Below, in pieces: positions 10,401-19,261 of a DNA stretch of 64,000 bases. Within the stretch, counting starts at the first letter, position 1. Every line of letters begins with the position of its first letter. Source of the stretch: an uncultured archaeon (GTDB taxonomy: Archaea; Altiarchaeota; Altiarchaeia; IMC4; SCGC-AAA252-I15); contig CABMCB010000071.1 of NCBI GenBank assembly GCA_902384455.1, positions 184,196 through 248,195 of the forward strand, written 5' to 3'. The notes beneath the pieces are model-generated. The model worked only from the letters and a program-made list of their open reading frames with translations. It had not been told where the DNA came from and searched no databases. The position numbers and the translations under genes are program-made.

Positions 10401-11120
10401 ATGCTTCTTTTGATGGACGAACGGGAAGACACCTACCTAATCAAAGGAGACTCCGAATTCCACTGCAGATTCGGCTTCATAAAAAAAGAAGTTCTTGCGG
10501 CGGCAAAACCCGGCGACATCCTAGAAAGCAACACCAAACACAAATTCCGCGTCATACAACCCGGGATGCCAGACTACATAGGGAAAGCGAAGCGCGGCCC
10601 GCAGGCGGTGCTGCCAAAGGACCTCGGAATCATCGCCTCATACACCGGCATAAGAAGCGGAAGCAGAGTAGTAGACGCGGGAGTGGGAAGCGGAATACTC
10701 TCAATGTACCTCGCGCACATAGTCGCCCCGCAGAAACTTGTCGCATACGAAGTGCGCGAAGACTTCGCCGAAATAGCCAAAAGCAACTTCAAAAAATTCG
10801 GGGTAGACAACATCGAAGTCAAAATCAAAAGCATATACGAAGGAATAGACGAGGAAGAACTCGACCTCGTCTCACTCGACCTGCCCGAACCCTGGCTCGC
10901 AGTAGAACCCGCATACAAAGCCCTCAAAACATCCGGATACCTAACAAGCTACAGCCCAAGCATAAACCAAAACGCACGCTTCATGGACGCATTACAAAGC
11001 AGATTCCAAAGCTACACAATAGAAACACTAGAACGACGCTGGAACATGGACGCAGTACGCCCCAGCACCCAAATGATAGGCCACAGCGGATTCATAACAA
11101 TAGCAAGAAAACTATACTGA
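10401..11120 (+). CDS. trmI: tRNA (adenine-N1)-methyltransferase TrmI
   Basis: KRGPQAVLPKD, VVDAGVGSG, LDLPEPW, SYSP, IGHSGFI. Confidence 0.93.
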   Translation: MLLLMDEREDTYLIKGDSEFHCRFGFIKKEVLAAAKPGDILESNTKHKFRVIQPGMPDYIGKAKRGPQAVLPKDLGIIASYTGIRSGSRVVDAGVGSGILSMYLAHIVAPQKLVAYEVREDFAEIAKSNFKKFGVDNIEVKIKSIYEGIDEEELDLVSLDLPEPWLAVEPAYKALKTSGYLTSYSPSINQNARFMDALQSRFQSYTIETLERRWNMDAVRPSTQMIGHSGFITIARKLY

Positions 11121-11169
11121 GAAAAAACCTCTTTTATCCTCCAACTCCAAACATCATAACGGTGGCATT

Positions 11170-11631
11170 ATGGCTTTGACGGTTCACGTGTTTGCGACAT
11201 CCCGTAAGGACTCCCTCGCAGACCTGAAAAAACACACCAGCATAGAAGACGTCAAAGCGTGGTCCAGCAAAGTAGGCAACACAGCACAAGGAAAAGCAAC
11301 CCGCACGGAAATAAACGCCGAATTATTCAAAGCAGCAGGCGACCTCCAAGTCATAGACTCATACGCAGTAGTCCTCTACCCCCCAGGCGACATAACCGGA
11401 GGACAAAACACCGGCAAACAAATAAAATCCGCCATAAACACCCGAAAAATACCCTTCACATGGGGCCTAACCCCAAACCCCGCACTACCCGCAGGAACAT
11501 ACGAAATATACCTGGAACTCATCACCTCATCTTCCGGGCAGAAAACAAACTCAGACGAAGGCCTTGAGCCTCTGACTGAAGACGACTTCAACCTTAACGT
11601 CGACGAAGGATTCGCTGTAAAAAGGCTCTGA
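11170..11631 (+). CDS. Hypothetical protein
   Basis: 153-aa ORF with host-like codon usage and GGTGG SD; no family recognised. Confidence 0.6.
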   Translation: MALTVHVFATSRKDSLADLKKHTSIEDVKAWSSKVGNTAQGKATRTEINAELFKAAGDLQVIDSYAVVLYPPGDITGGQNTGKQIKSAINTRKIPFTWGLTPNPALPAGTYEIYLELITSSSGQKTNSDEGLEPLTEDDFNLNVDEGFAVKRL

Positions 11632-11636
11632 CTTCT

Positions 11637-13298
11637 TCAGAACAATCCCTTGATGTTTCCGTTTTCCTCAATGTCTATGTCCAACGCCGCAGGATGCTCA
11701 GGCAAACCTGGCATAGTAACTATGTCCCCGCACGTCACCACGATGAATCCCGCACCAGCACTGATGCGCACGTCCGTGACGCGGATTTTGAAATCAACGG
11801 GGCGGCCTGTTTTTGTGGGGTCGTCCGACAGACTCTTTTGGGTTTTAGCCATGCAGACTGGAAGCCGGTCGAGTTTTTCCTTTATGATGCCGTCCAGGTC
11901 CTTAAGCGCCTTGTCCGTGTACTTCACGGCCTTCGCTCCGTACATTTCTTTGGCTATGCGCTCAATCTTCGCTTTAAGTGGGTCTGAAGTTTTGTAGAGG
12001 AAACGGAAACTGTTTTTCTTTTCAAACAGCTCCAAAATCTCTTTCGCAATCTTAAGTCCGCCCAATCCTCCTTTACCCCACACGTCCACTTCCACGGCGG
12101 CGACACCCAAACTGCGGCAGCCCTCGACCACAGCGTTGATTTCCTCCTTGCTGTCTCCCCTGAATTTGTTTACCGCCACAACCAAAGGCACGCCGAATTT
12201 CTGAATGTTTTCGATGTGCTTTTCTAGGTTGGCGAACCCGCGCTGCACAGCATCAACGTCCTTCTTAGAGTAATCCTCCGCGCTCCCGTGCATCCTAAGC
12301 GCCCTTATTGTGGCGACAATCACGACCGCGTTAGGCCTAAGTCCCCCAATCCTGCATTTGATGTCAAAGAACTTTTCGGCACCCAACTCAGTCCCGAAGC
12401 CCGCCTCAGTCACGACAACATCACCCAGCTTCAAAGCAATCTTGGTCGCAATCAAACTGTTGCAACCGTGAGCAATGTTGGCGAAAGGGCCCCCGTGAAT
12501 CAAAGCGGGCGTACCCTCAAGAGTCTGCACCAAATTAGGGTGAATCGCATGCTTCAAAAGAGCAGCCATGGCGCCCTCAACGCCCAAATCGCGGACATGA
12601 ACCGGCTTCCCGAAGTAAGTATATCCGATGATTATGTCGCCAAGGCGACGCTTCAAATCAGTAATAGACTCAGCAAGACACAATACGGCCATGACTTCGC
12701 TTGCCGCAGTAATCTGGAATCCGTCCTCCCGCGGAATGCCTTCTTTGATTCCGCCCATCCCCACGAAAATGTGTCGTAGGCTTCTGTCGTTCATGTCGAT
12801 TGCCCGCCGCCACATAATCCTGCGGGGGTCAATTTGAAGAGAATTCCCGTGCTGAAGATGGTTGTCGATGATTGCCGAAAGCAAATTGTTGGCCGCGGTG
12901 ACTGCGTGAATGTCGCCCGTGAAATGGAGGTTGATGTCTTCCATAGGGAGCACCTGACTGAACCCTCCGCCGGCAGCGCCACCCTTTATGCCGAAGCATG
13001 GCCCTAAGCTCGGTTCGCGGATGCATATGACCGCTGGAATGCCCATCCTGTTGAACGCCTGGCCTAATCCCACTGTTACGGTGGTTTTTCCTTCGCCTGC
13101 GGGGGTGGGTGTCATGCAGGTTACGAGAACAAGCTTGCCGGTGGGGTTGCTTTTGAGGCGGGAAAGAGAGTGGATGTTAACTTTCGCCATGTAGTCGCCG
13201 AAGTAGGCGACTTCGCCCTCCTTCAAACCCAATTCGCTAGCGACGTCGCTTATATGCCTAAGAGCGGCAGTCTGAGCAATCTCAATATCAGATGGCAT
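11637..13298 (-). CDS. fhs: Formate--tetrahydrofolate ligase
   Basis: [50 protein letters not shown]. Confidence 0.98.
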   Translation of the reverse strand: MPSDIEIAQTAALRHISDVASELGLKEGEVAYFGDYMAKVNIHSLSRLKSNPTGKLVLVTCMTPTPAGEGKTTVTVGLGQAFNRMGIPAVICIREPSLGPCFGIKGGAAGGGFSQVLPMEDINLHFTGDIHAVTAANNLLSAIIDNHLQHGNSLQIDPRRIMWRRAIDMNDRSLRHIFVGMGGIKEGIPREDGFQITAASEVMAVLCLAESITDLKRRLGDIIIGYTYFGKPVHVRDLGVEGAMAALLKHAIHPNLVQTLEGTPALIHGGPFANIAHGCNSLIATKIALKLGDVVVTEAGFGTELGAEKFFDIKCRIGGLRPNAVVIVATIRALRMHGSAEDYSKKDVDAVQRGFANLEKHIENIQKFGVPLVVAVNKFRGDSKEEINAVVEGCRSLGVAAVEVDVWGKGGLGGLKIAKEILELFEKKNSFRFLYKTSDPLKAKIERIAKEMYGAKAVKYTDKALKDLDGIIKEKLDRLPVCMAKTQKSLSDDPTKTGRPVDFKIRVTDVRISAGAGFIVVTCGDIVTMPGLPEHPAALDIDIEENGNIKGLF

Positions 13299-13356
13299 TG
13301 AGGAAAAAATATGCGTCAGCGTATATAAGGCGGTCTAAACCTAACCTTTAAGGCAA

Positions 13357-13500
13357 ATGAAGAAACAGGAACCATCCTCGTCGACTCCAAAGCAGGCGCG
13401 GGAGAAATGCCCCATCTGCCAGAGCGAGTCAATAACCCGTATGGGGAGCCACAGGGAATGCGACAGCTGCGGCAGGCAATGGACGCACATCGCGAAATAA
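13357..13500 (+). CDS. Small zinc-ribbon protein (47 aa), absent from ORF track
   Basis: MKKQEPSSSTPKQAREKCPICQSESITRMGSHRECDSCGRQWTHIAK with two CxxC motifs; TATATAA at ~13322 upstream. Confidence 0.7.
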   Translation: MKKQEPSSSTPKQAREKCPICQSESITRMGSHRECDSCGRQWTHIAK

Positions 13501-13569
13501 GCGTTTAGTTTATTAACTGGTATTAACAATAGTTTAGTGCAATTTCACAGGTTACTCAAATATCTGACT

Positions 13570-13780
13570 ATGTTAACGCCCGCAACAACCCGGCAGGCGG
13601 CCATGAAGGCCACTATTGTTCGGACAGTGAGCGGGGCAGCTACTTGTCGTACCGTCCCCACCTTCCGCGTGTAAGCGCGGTGTCTGGGGAACAGAACCTT
13701 TTCACCTAAGCGGTGTTGGGTCTGGAGTTTCTTGAGATGCCGTTGTGGTTCCGACGTTTGAATTACTTGTTTAAGGAACC
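13570..13780 (+). ncRNA. Candidate structured leader RNA, copy 1 (family not recognised)
   Basis: Several hairpins (CCCCA/TGGGG, CCGCGT-GTAA-GCGCGG, CACC/GGTG, GGTTCC/GGAACC); sequence blocks shared with 14070-14296. Confidence 0.6.
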
Positions 13781-13808
13781 GATATAGTGAAAAAAGAGGT
13801 GAGATGAA

Positions 13809-13916
13809 ATGGAACACAACTATGGGTACAAAGACCCATATGGCGTGAATAAGGAGAAGGACTATGCTTACGACCCGTACGACCTGCTTCCAAAAGACTG
13901 GAAGCAAGCGGCGTAG
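13809..13916 (+). CDS. Small peptide A (35 aa) MEHNYGYKDPYGVNKEKDYAYDPYDLLPKDWKQAA
   Basis: GAGGTGA SD 6 nt before ATG; shares YDPYxLLPxxWK with 14304-14435 through synonymous codon differences. Confidence 0.8.
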   Translation: MEHNYGYKDPYGVNKEKDYAYDPYDLLPKDWKQAA

Positions 13917-13951
13917 AGGGCGTAAATTGTCCACTCCCATTGACATAGGGC

Positions 13952-14006
13952 TCGAAGGAGGACGCTTGCGTTTTCCTGCTTTAAGCGGCAATACGGCCTC
14001 CTTCGA
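13952..14006. repeat. Inverted repeat TCGAAGGAGG...CCTCCTTCGA between the two units
   Basis: Perfect 10-bp arms with a 35-nt spacer. Confidence 0.75.
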
Positions 14007-14013
14007 AAAACCA

Positions 14014-14029
14014 TCATATTTAAATATGA
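14014..14029. promoter_or_regulatory. Perfect 16-bp palindrome TCATATTTAAATATGA containing a TATA box
   Basis: Direct reading; TTTAAATA core lies ~45 bp upstream of leader copy 2. Confidence 0.65.
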
Positions 14030-14069
14030 AAACATATACCATACTGAAGTATAATATAAATCATTAAAA

Positions 14070-14296
14070 ATGAGTTCCGCCCTAATTAAACGGGCCTCAC
14101 GGCAGCATTCTATCGTATTGAGGCGGAGCTGTACGTCGGTGGGCGGACGTACTAGTCGACTCTGGATTCAGACATCCCGCAAATAATGGCGGCGTCTGAG
14201 AAACAGAGTCCGGCCACCTAAAGGGGGTGGAGGACCTGGATTTTCTTGGGATGCCGCGTGTGGCCTTTTCCCTTTTTGACTTCCGTAACGGAGGTT
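14070..14296 (+). ncRNA. Candidate structured leader RNA, copy 2 (family not recognised)
   Basis: Stems AGTTCCGCC/GGCGGAGCT, GTACGTC/GACGTAC, TCAGAC/GTCTGA, GTCC-CCACC/GGTGG-GGAC, GACTTCCG/CGGAGGTT. Confidence 0.65.
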
Positions 14297-14303
14297 GGAG
14301 AGG

Positions 14304-14435
14304 ATGGAAAACAAGACGAAAACTAAACGGTCCAAAGAGATGCCGTCGGGAATGCAGCGCGTCAAAGAAAGCGTCTACGACCCCTACAACCTACTCCCCG
14401 CCGAGTGGAAGACCATAAGACCCGAGGAGAGGTAG
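14304..14435 (+). CDS. Small peptide B (43 aa) MENKTKTKRSKEMPSGMQRVKESVYDPYNLLPAEWKTIRPEER
   Basis: GGAGGT SD 8 nt upstream; paralog of 13809-13916. Confidence 0.8.
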   Translation: MENKTKTKRSKEMPSGMQRVKESVYDPYNLLPAEWKTIRPEER

Positions 14436-14441
14436 CAAGTC

Positions 14442-14473
14442 GCCCCACAACATGGGTTGGGGCCGCTTTCCTT
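14442..14473 (+). terminator. Hairpin GCCCCA/TGGGGC plus pyrimidine tract after peptide B
   Basis: 6-bp GC-rich stem followed by CGCTTTCCTT. Confidence 0.4.
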
Positions 14474-14540
14474 TAGCGTGAGCAACAGGAATTTGCCGTC
14501 TAACGCAAGTTTTTCTGTTCGTCCGTCTTCATTTTCTACT

Positions 14541-15044
14541 ATGGGTTTGTTCGCCAAAATGAAGCATCCGCGCGCAGGGGCAGTGTTCATAGTTTTCATG
14601 ACGCTGCTGTCTTCAGTTCAAGCCATCGTGAGCACATTCACCAGTGATAATGTGGGGTTACCCTTTCTGGTTGTGACTTTGGTGATATACGGATTCGCCT
14701 ACAAGCTCATCTGGGACTTCGTAGAAAGCAGCAAACTGTTTATGGAGTCTTATCTTCCGGTGCAACCGGGGCGCAAAGGATTCTGCAGCGGATGTGGAGT
14801 ATGCTGCAGGATAATCAACGACTGCATCTTCCTTTCCAAAGACAACCGCTGCCGGATATACTATATACGGCCGCCTACCTGCCGTAAGTTTCCTCGGTGC
14901 GAGTATGATTTGCTGACTCTAGTTGAGACATGCGATTATTATTGGGATAGTAAGAAGAGGCTTCCCAGTTTCTTTGAGGGGAAGCAGTTGGAGGAGAGAA
15001 AGAAGCGGTGGATGAAGGAGAACCCCGGTAAAAGCCCCGATTAA
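14541..15044 (+). CDS. YkgJ-family cysteine-cluster (Zn/Fe-S) protein with two N-terminal TM helices
   Basis: CSGCGVCC...CIFL...CRIYYIRPPTCRKFP; start reassigned to ATG 14541. Confidence 0.85.
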   Translation: MGLFAKMKHPRAGAVFIVFMTLLSSVQAIVSTFTSDNVGLPFLVVTLVIYGFAYKLIWDFVESSKLFMESYLPVQPGRKGFCSGCGVCCRIINDCIFLSKDNRCRIYYIRPPTCRKFPRCEYDLLTLVETCDYYWDSKKRLPSFFEGKQLEERKKRWMKENPGKSPD

Positions 15045-15706
15045 CCAGGTGTTTGCGCGGCTTCCTTGCATGCGCGGGCTAGTTCCGTGACGTCCTTGTT
15101 CATTGTGTTCCTGTTTATCAGGATGAAGTTGCTGCCTGTCCCTATGCAGATGAACTCAGGCACGCGGGTGGTTTTGGTGTTGCGGCCCAGGCATGTTAGT
15201 AGCGCAATGTCCATCTTGGTCGGGTAGTCGAGGTCTATGTACTCGAAGTGGTAGCCGCTGCTACCTACCTGTTTTACCTGCGTCTTTAGGGGCGTGCATA
15301 TTGCGATGTGTTGGCGGCACAGGAACGCGATTGTTTCTTTAGTGTACCCAAGTTGCTGTGCGCATTTGAAGGCCGCGTTTTCCATTGGCTCTTCGATTGT
15401 GGTGGTTGTTTCTACTTGGGGTTGGGTTGTCGTGGTTGTGGTAGTTGTCGTAGTGGTTGTGGTCGTCGTGGAGGTTGTTGTGGTCGATGTGGTAGTTTCT
15501 TTCGGAAGCGTCGTAGTAGTCTGGCTGTCGCAGACGCCGTTGCCGTCGCGGTCCAGGCAGCACCCTCCCGAAGGGTCGGGTATTGAAGGCGTAGCGCAGG
15601 GGCTGCCCTGCATCACGCTGTTGATGGAATTTTCTATGTACGGATGGCTAAGGCAGCCTGCCGTGAACACCAGCAGAGCAAATGACGCCACAACTCCCAG
15701 ATGCAT
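15041..15706 (-). CDS. Lipoprotein with CCLDxDGNGVCD motif, Thr-rich linker and possible thioredoxin-like C-terminal domain
   Basis: Lipobox FTAGC, poly-Thr tract; start reassigned to ATG 15706. Confidence 0.75.
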   Translation of the reverse strand: MHLGVVASFALLVFTAGCLSHPYIENSINSVMQGSPCATPSIPDPSGGCCLDRDGNGVCDSQTTTTLPKETTTSTTTTSTTTTTTTTTTTTTTTQPQVETTTTIEEPMENAAFKCAQQLGYTKETIAFLCRQHIAICTPLKTQVKQVGSSGYHFEYIDLDYPTKMDIALLTCLGRNTKTTRVPEFICIGTGSNFILINRNTMNKDVTELARACKEAAQTPG

Positions 15707-15781
15707 ATAACAAGAAATGGGCGGGCTGCCTAAATACGCTGTATTTTTCTTCTTGATTGCATTATGTATGGTGGAGTCAAA

Positions 15782-16555
15782 ATGAAGGTAGTAAAAAACG
15801 TCGTTCACGTAGACAAGGACCAGAATCTTACTTACGCTATAAACCTCATGGAAAAAAGGGGCGTTTCACGCCTCATAGTCACCGAAGACAGCGCAGTACT
15901 CGGCATAATAACAGAGGGCGACATAATCCGCCGCATGGGCTCCTCAAAAGGAAGGGACGTCCCAGCAACCCACCTACACGTGTCCTCAGCAATGACCCAC
16001 GAAATAGTCACGCTACCATTCGACGTGACGCTAAAGGAGGCCGCCCACCAGATGGTGAGGCAGAACAGGTATGGGTTTCCCCTTGTCGCAGGCGACACGA
16101 TCACCGGCTGGATCACTAAGACGGATATCGCCGCTTCATTGTCCGGGTGCGAGAAGACGATTGCGGATGTTTACGACAAAAGCCCCGCAGCCCTCCGTTT
16201 CGACCAGTCTCTTGCTCATGCGCGAGCCGAGATGGAGCGCACCGGAGTAGAACGCTTCCTGGTACTTGACAACAACGTATTAGTCGGCGTTTTGACTCAC
16301 AAGGACGTCATGGCAGGCCTACTCATATCAAAGAAGTCCGTCGACCACCCGCACCACGCAGACCCCGGCAACATGCTCGTCGGATCCTTCATGACCGAAG
16401 CGCCCATGACGGTGAAACCAGAGCAGACGGTGGGTAAGGCCGTTGAGTTGATGCTTAAGCGGAAGGTTTCTGGTTTGCCTGTGGTGAGTTCTCCGTGGGG
16501 TCTTCTTACTAAGAAGAATTTGGTGGCTGCGGTGGCTTCGGGGAAGCTTCCTTAG
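15782..16555 (+). CDS. Four-CBS-domain protein
   Basis: Repeated CBS motifs (GIITEGDI, GWITKTDI, GVLTHKDV, GLLTKKNL). Confidence 0.9.
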   Translation: MKVVKNVVHVDKDQNLTYAINLMEKRGVSRLIVTEDSAVLGIITEGDIIRRMGSSKGRDVPATHLHVSSAMTHEIVTLPFDVTLKEAAHQMVRQNRYGFPLVAGDTITGWITKTDIAASLSGCEKTIADVYDKSPAALRFDQSLAHARAEMERTGVERFLVLDNNVLVGVLTHKDVMAGLLISKKSVDHPHHADPGNMLVGSFMTEAPMTVKPEQTVGKAVELMLKRKVSGLPVVSSPWGLLTKKNLVAAVASGKLP

Positions 16556-16577
16556 GTTTGTTGATTGCGAATCAGAG

Positions 16578-16591
16578 GAAAAGTTTATATA
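16578..16591 (+). promoter_or_regulatory. BRE-TATA promoter of chaperone cluster
   Basis: GAAAAG-TTTATATA ~45 bp upstream of the hsp20 start. Confidence 0.6.
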
Positions 16592-16633
16592 CACCTAAAC
16601 CCATACATAATCTCAGTTTCAGGTGGTCGCGTA

Positions 16634-17026
16634 ATGGACAGAAAACCGGCGAAAAGCATATTCGACGAACTCTACAGGCTGATGAATCATCTACTGCAGA
16701 ATCCATACGCTCCCATCCGCCTCGCCGTAAGCGTTGCGGAAAAGCCGGCCCCCTACGCGGACATAATAGAAACGCCTCATGAAATCCACCTCACAGTGGA
16801 GCTGCCAAACGTGTCCCCAAACAAACTGCGCATTGGCGCAGACCGCCGCCTGCTGGAGATAAAAGCGTCAGGCTCAGACAGAACGCATCCCTCCCCCGCG
16901 GAAGGCGTACACAACTACGAACTTCCCGCGGACATACAGCCAAAAAGCCTGAAAATAACATTCCACAACAACATACTAAGCGTCATCGCCCAGAAAGCGC
17001 GGAAAGAAAAAATCAAAATAAACTAA
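16634..17026 (+). CDS. Small heat-shock protein Hsp20
   Basis: [32 protein letters not shown]; AGGTGG SD; start reassigned. Confidence 0.85.
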   Translation: MDRKPAKSIFDELYRLMNHLLQNPYAPIRLAVSVAEKPAPYADIIETPHEIHLTVELPNVSPNKLRIGADRRLLEIKASGSDRTHPSPAEGVHNYELPADIQPKSLKITFHNNILSVIAQKARKEKIKIN

Positions 17027-17057
17027 ATCAAAACACAACCAACAGGTGATGTAAAAA

Positions 17058-18671
17058 ATGACACAACAACCACAGCAACAATTCATCATACTACCGGAAA
17101 ACATGATGAGAACGCGGGGCAGAGACGCCCAAGGACAAAACATCCTCGCAGCAAGAGTGATGGCGGAAATAGTCAAAACGACGCTGGGCCCAAGAGGCAT
17201 GGACAAAATGCTCGTCGATTCCACAGGCGACGTCACAATAACAAACGACGGAGCCACAATAGTCGAAAGCATAAACGTAGAGCACCCCGCAGCCAAGATG
17301 GTCGTTGAAGTCGCCAAGACTCAGGACGAAGAAGTCGGCGACGGAACCACAACAGCAGTAATGCTGGTCGGAGAACTTCTCACCAACGCCGAAAAACTCC
17401 TTGAGCAAAGCATCCACCCGACAGTCATAGTCCGCGGATACCGCATGGCAGCCCAAAAAGCGCAGGACATAATCGATTCGGTAGGCAAGCCCATAACCCT
17501 CAAAGACACCGCGCTACTCATGGAAATCGCCGGCACATCAATGACAGGAAAAAGCGCAGAAGCCCAAAAAGAAATCCTGTCCGATCTCACCGTAAAAGCC
17601 GTCCGGCAAGTCGCCGAAGAAGCAAACGGCAAAGTCAAAGTCGACCGCGACACAATCGCAATAGAAAAGAAGGCGGGCGGAAGCATCGCCGACAGCGAAC
17701 TAATCAACGGCGTAGTCTTAGATAAGGAACGCGCAACACCCGGCATGCCAAAGAAGGCGGCCGACGCGAAAATAGCTCTTGTCGACTCCCCATTCGAGAT
17801 AAAGAAAACGGAAACCGACGCAAAAATAAGAATCACCTCCACAGACCAACTGCTGGCATTCGGCGAGCAGGAGGAGAAGATTCTGAAAGACAAAGTCGAC
17901 GCAATAGTGAAATCAGGCGCAAACGTACTTTTCTGCCAGAAAGGAATAGACGACATCGCCCTACACTACCTAACCAAAGCAGGCATACTGACAGTCAAAA
18001 ACGTGAGCGGCGACGACATAAAAAAGCTCTCCAAAGCGACAGGAGCAACAATCGCAAGCAACCTCAAAGCACTCACCGCAAAAGACCTCGGATACGCCAA
18101 AACAGTTGAAGAAATCAAAATAGGCGGAGACGAAATGATATTCGTCCGCGACTGCAAAAACCCCAAAGCAGTAGCAATACTAGCCAGAGGAGGAACAGAA
18201 CACGTCGTAGACGAAATAGACCGCAGCCTCAAAGACGCAGTAGGAAGTGTGGCAACAGCAGTCGAAGCAGGCAAAGTAGTCGCAGGAGGCGGCTCAATCG
18301 AAATCGAAGTAGCACGCGAAATAAGAAAATACGCAGAAACAATAGGCGGCCGCGAACAGCTTGCTGTGCAGGAGTTCGCCGACGCGCTTGAGTCCATACC
18401 CAAGCAGCTGGCCAAGAGCGCCGGAATGGACACTATAGACACTTTAGTCAAGCTTCGCGCCGAACACGAGAAGAAAGGCGGCCAGACAATCGGAGTCAAC
18501 GTCTTCAAGGCGGAGACGGCCGACATGTGGCAGATTGGCGTGATTGAGCCGACTCGGACCAAGATTAATGCATTAAGAAGCGCGACTGAAGCTAGCGTAC
18601 TTATCCTGCGCATAGACGACGTTATTGCGTCAGGAAAGAAAGGCGGGGGAGGAGCCCCCGGGATGGAATAA
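17058..18671 (+). CDS. ths: Thermosome subunit (group II chaperonin)
   Basis: [32 protein letters not shown]; AGGTGA SD. Confidence 0.98.
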   Translation: MTQQPQQQFIILPENMMRTRGRDAQGQNILAARVMAEIVKTTLGPRGMDKMLVDSTGDVTITNDGATIVESINVEHPAAKMVVEVAKTQDEEVGDGTTTAVMLVGELLTNAEKLLEQSIHPTVIVRGYRMAAQKAQDIIDSVGKPITLKDTALLMEIAGTSMTGKSAEAQKEILSDLTVKAVRQVAEEANGKVKVDRDTIAIEKKAGGSIADSELINGVVLDKERATPGMPKKAADAKIALVDSPFEIKKTETDAKIRITSTDQLLAFGEQEEKILKDKVDAIVKSGANVLFCQKGIDDIALHYLTKAGILTVKNVSGDDIKKLSKATGATIASNLKALTAKDLGYAKTVEEIKIGGDEMIFVRDCKNPKAVAILARGGTEHVVDEIDRSLKDAVGSVATAVEAGKVVAGGGSIEIEVAREIRKYAETIGGREQLAVQEFADALESIPKQLAKSAGMDTIDTLVKLRAEHEKKGGQTIGVNVFKAETADMWQIGVIEPTRTKINALRSATEASVLILRIDDVIASGKKGGGGAPGME

Positions 18672-18682
18672 GAGTTTCGCCG

Positions 18683-19261
18683 ATGAAACACGGCAAGCGC
18701 ATAATTCCCATCGGAGATGAAGAGGCCTCTGAAGCTAAGGCCAAGCCCGCCGAAGACGCAGGCGGCCCAGCCAACTCAGTTCGGCAGGGAGCCGAATCAA
18801 ATCCTGAATTGGGTGCGGCCCAAGCTGAAGTCGCGTCTCTTACCGACCAAATTAAGCGTCTTGCCGCGGAATTCGACAACTACAAGAAGAGGGTGGAGCG
18901 CGACCGCAAATTAAGCGAGCAGTATGCTGCCGCTCCAGCGCTGACCAAACTGCTTTCCGTCTTGGACAACCTGACGAGAGCCAGGCAGTCAGCGGAGAAG
19001 ACGCATGATGTGGCGTCTTACGCCCGCGGGATTGAGATGACGGAACAGCAATTCAAAAAAGCGCTCGAAGAAGCCGGCGTAAAGGAAATCTCGACCGAAG
19101 GAGCGTTCAATCCCTCGCTCCACGAGGCTATTCACGCAGAACCATCAGACAAACCACAAAACACAATAATAGAAGTCATAGAGAAAGGATACTTACTCCA
19201 TGACCGCGTGTTGAGGCCCGCAAGGGTGAAAATAAGCGGAGGAATAAAGGAAAATGGCTAA
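18683..19261 (+). CDS. grpE: Nucleotide exchange factor GrpE
   Basis: [32 protein letters not shown]. Confidence 0.96.
   Translation: MKHGKRIIPIGDEEASEAKAKPAEDAGGPANSVRQGAESNPELGAAQAEVASLTDQIKRLAAEFDNYKKRVERDRKLSEQYAAAPALTKLLSVLDNLTRARQSAEKTHDVASYARGIEMTEQQFKKALEEAGVKEISTEGAFNPSLHEAIHAEPSDKPQNTIIEVIEKGYLLHDRVLRPARVKISGGIKENG

Noticed and set aside
13570-13780. THF or ZTP riboswitch for fhs
   Set aside because: It points away from fhs with another ORF in between and lacks those consensus motifs by eye
13804-13848. Alternative 14-aa ORF MKWNTTMGTKTHMA
   Set aside because: The ATG is only 1 nt from the SD and there is no counterpart in unit 2
13545-14042. 165-aa minus-strand ORF and the other track ORFs over 13341-14599
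   Set aside because: Shadows of the plus-strand leader/peptide units; no recognisable motifs, and conservation between the units is on the other strand or frame
13809-14435. Classical type I toxin-antitoxin membrane toxins
   Set aside because: The peptides are hydrophilic with no TM helix; antisense control is still possible
17091-18691. Long antisense ORFs over thermosome and other core genes
   Set aside because: Shadow frames caused by codon bias of well-conserved genes
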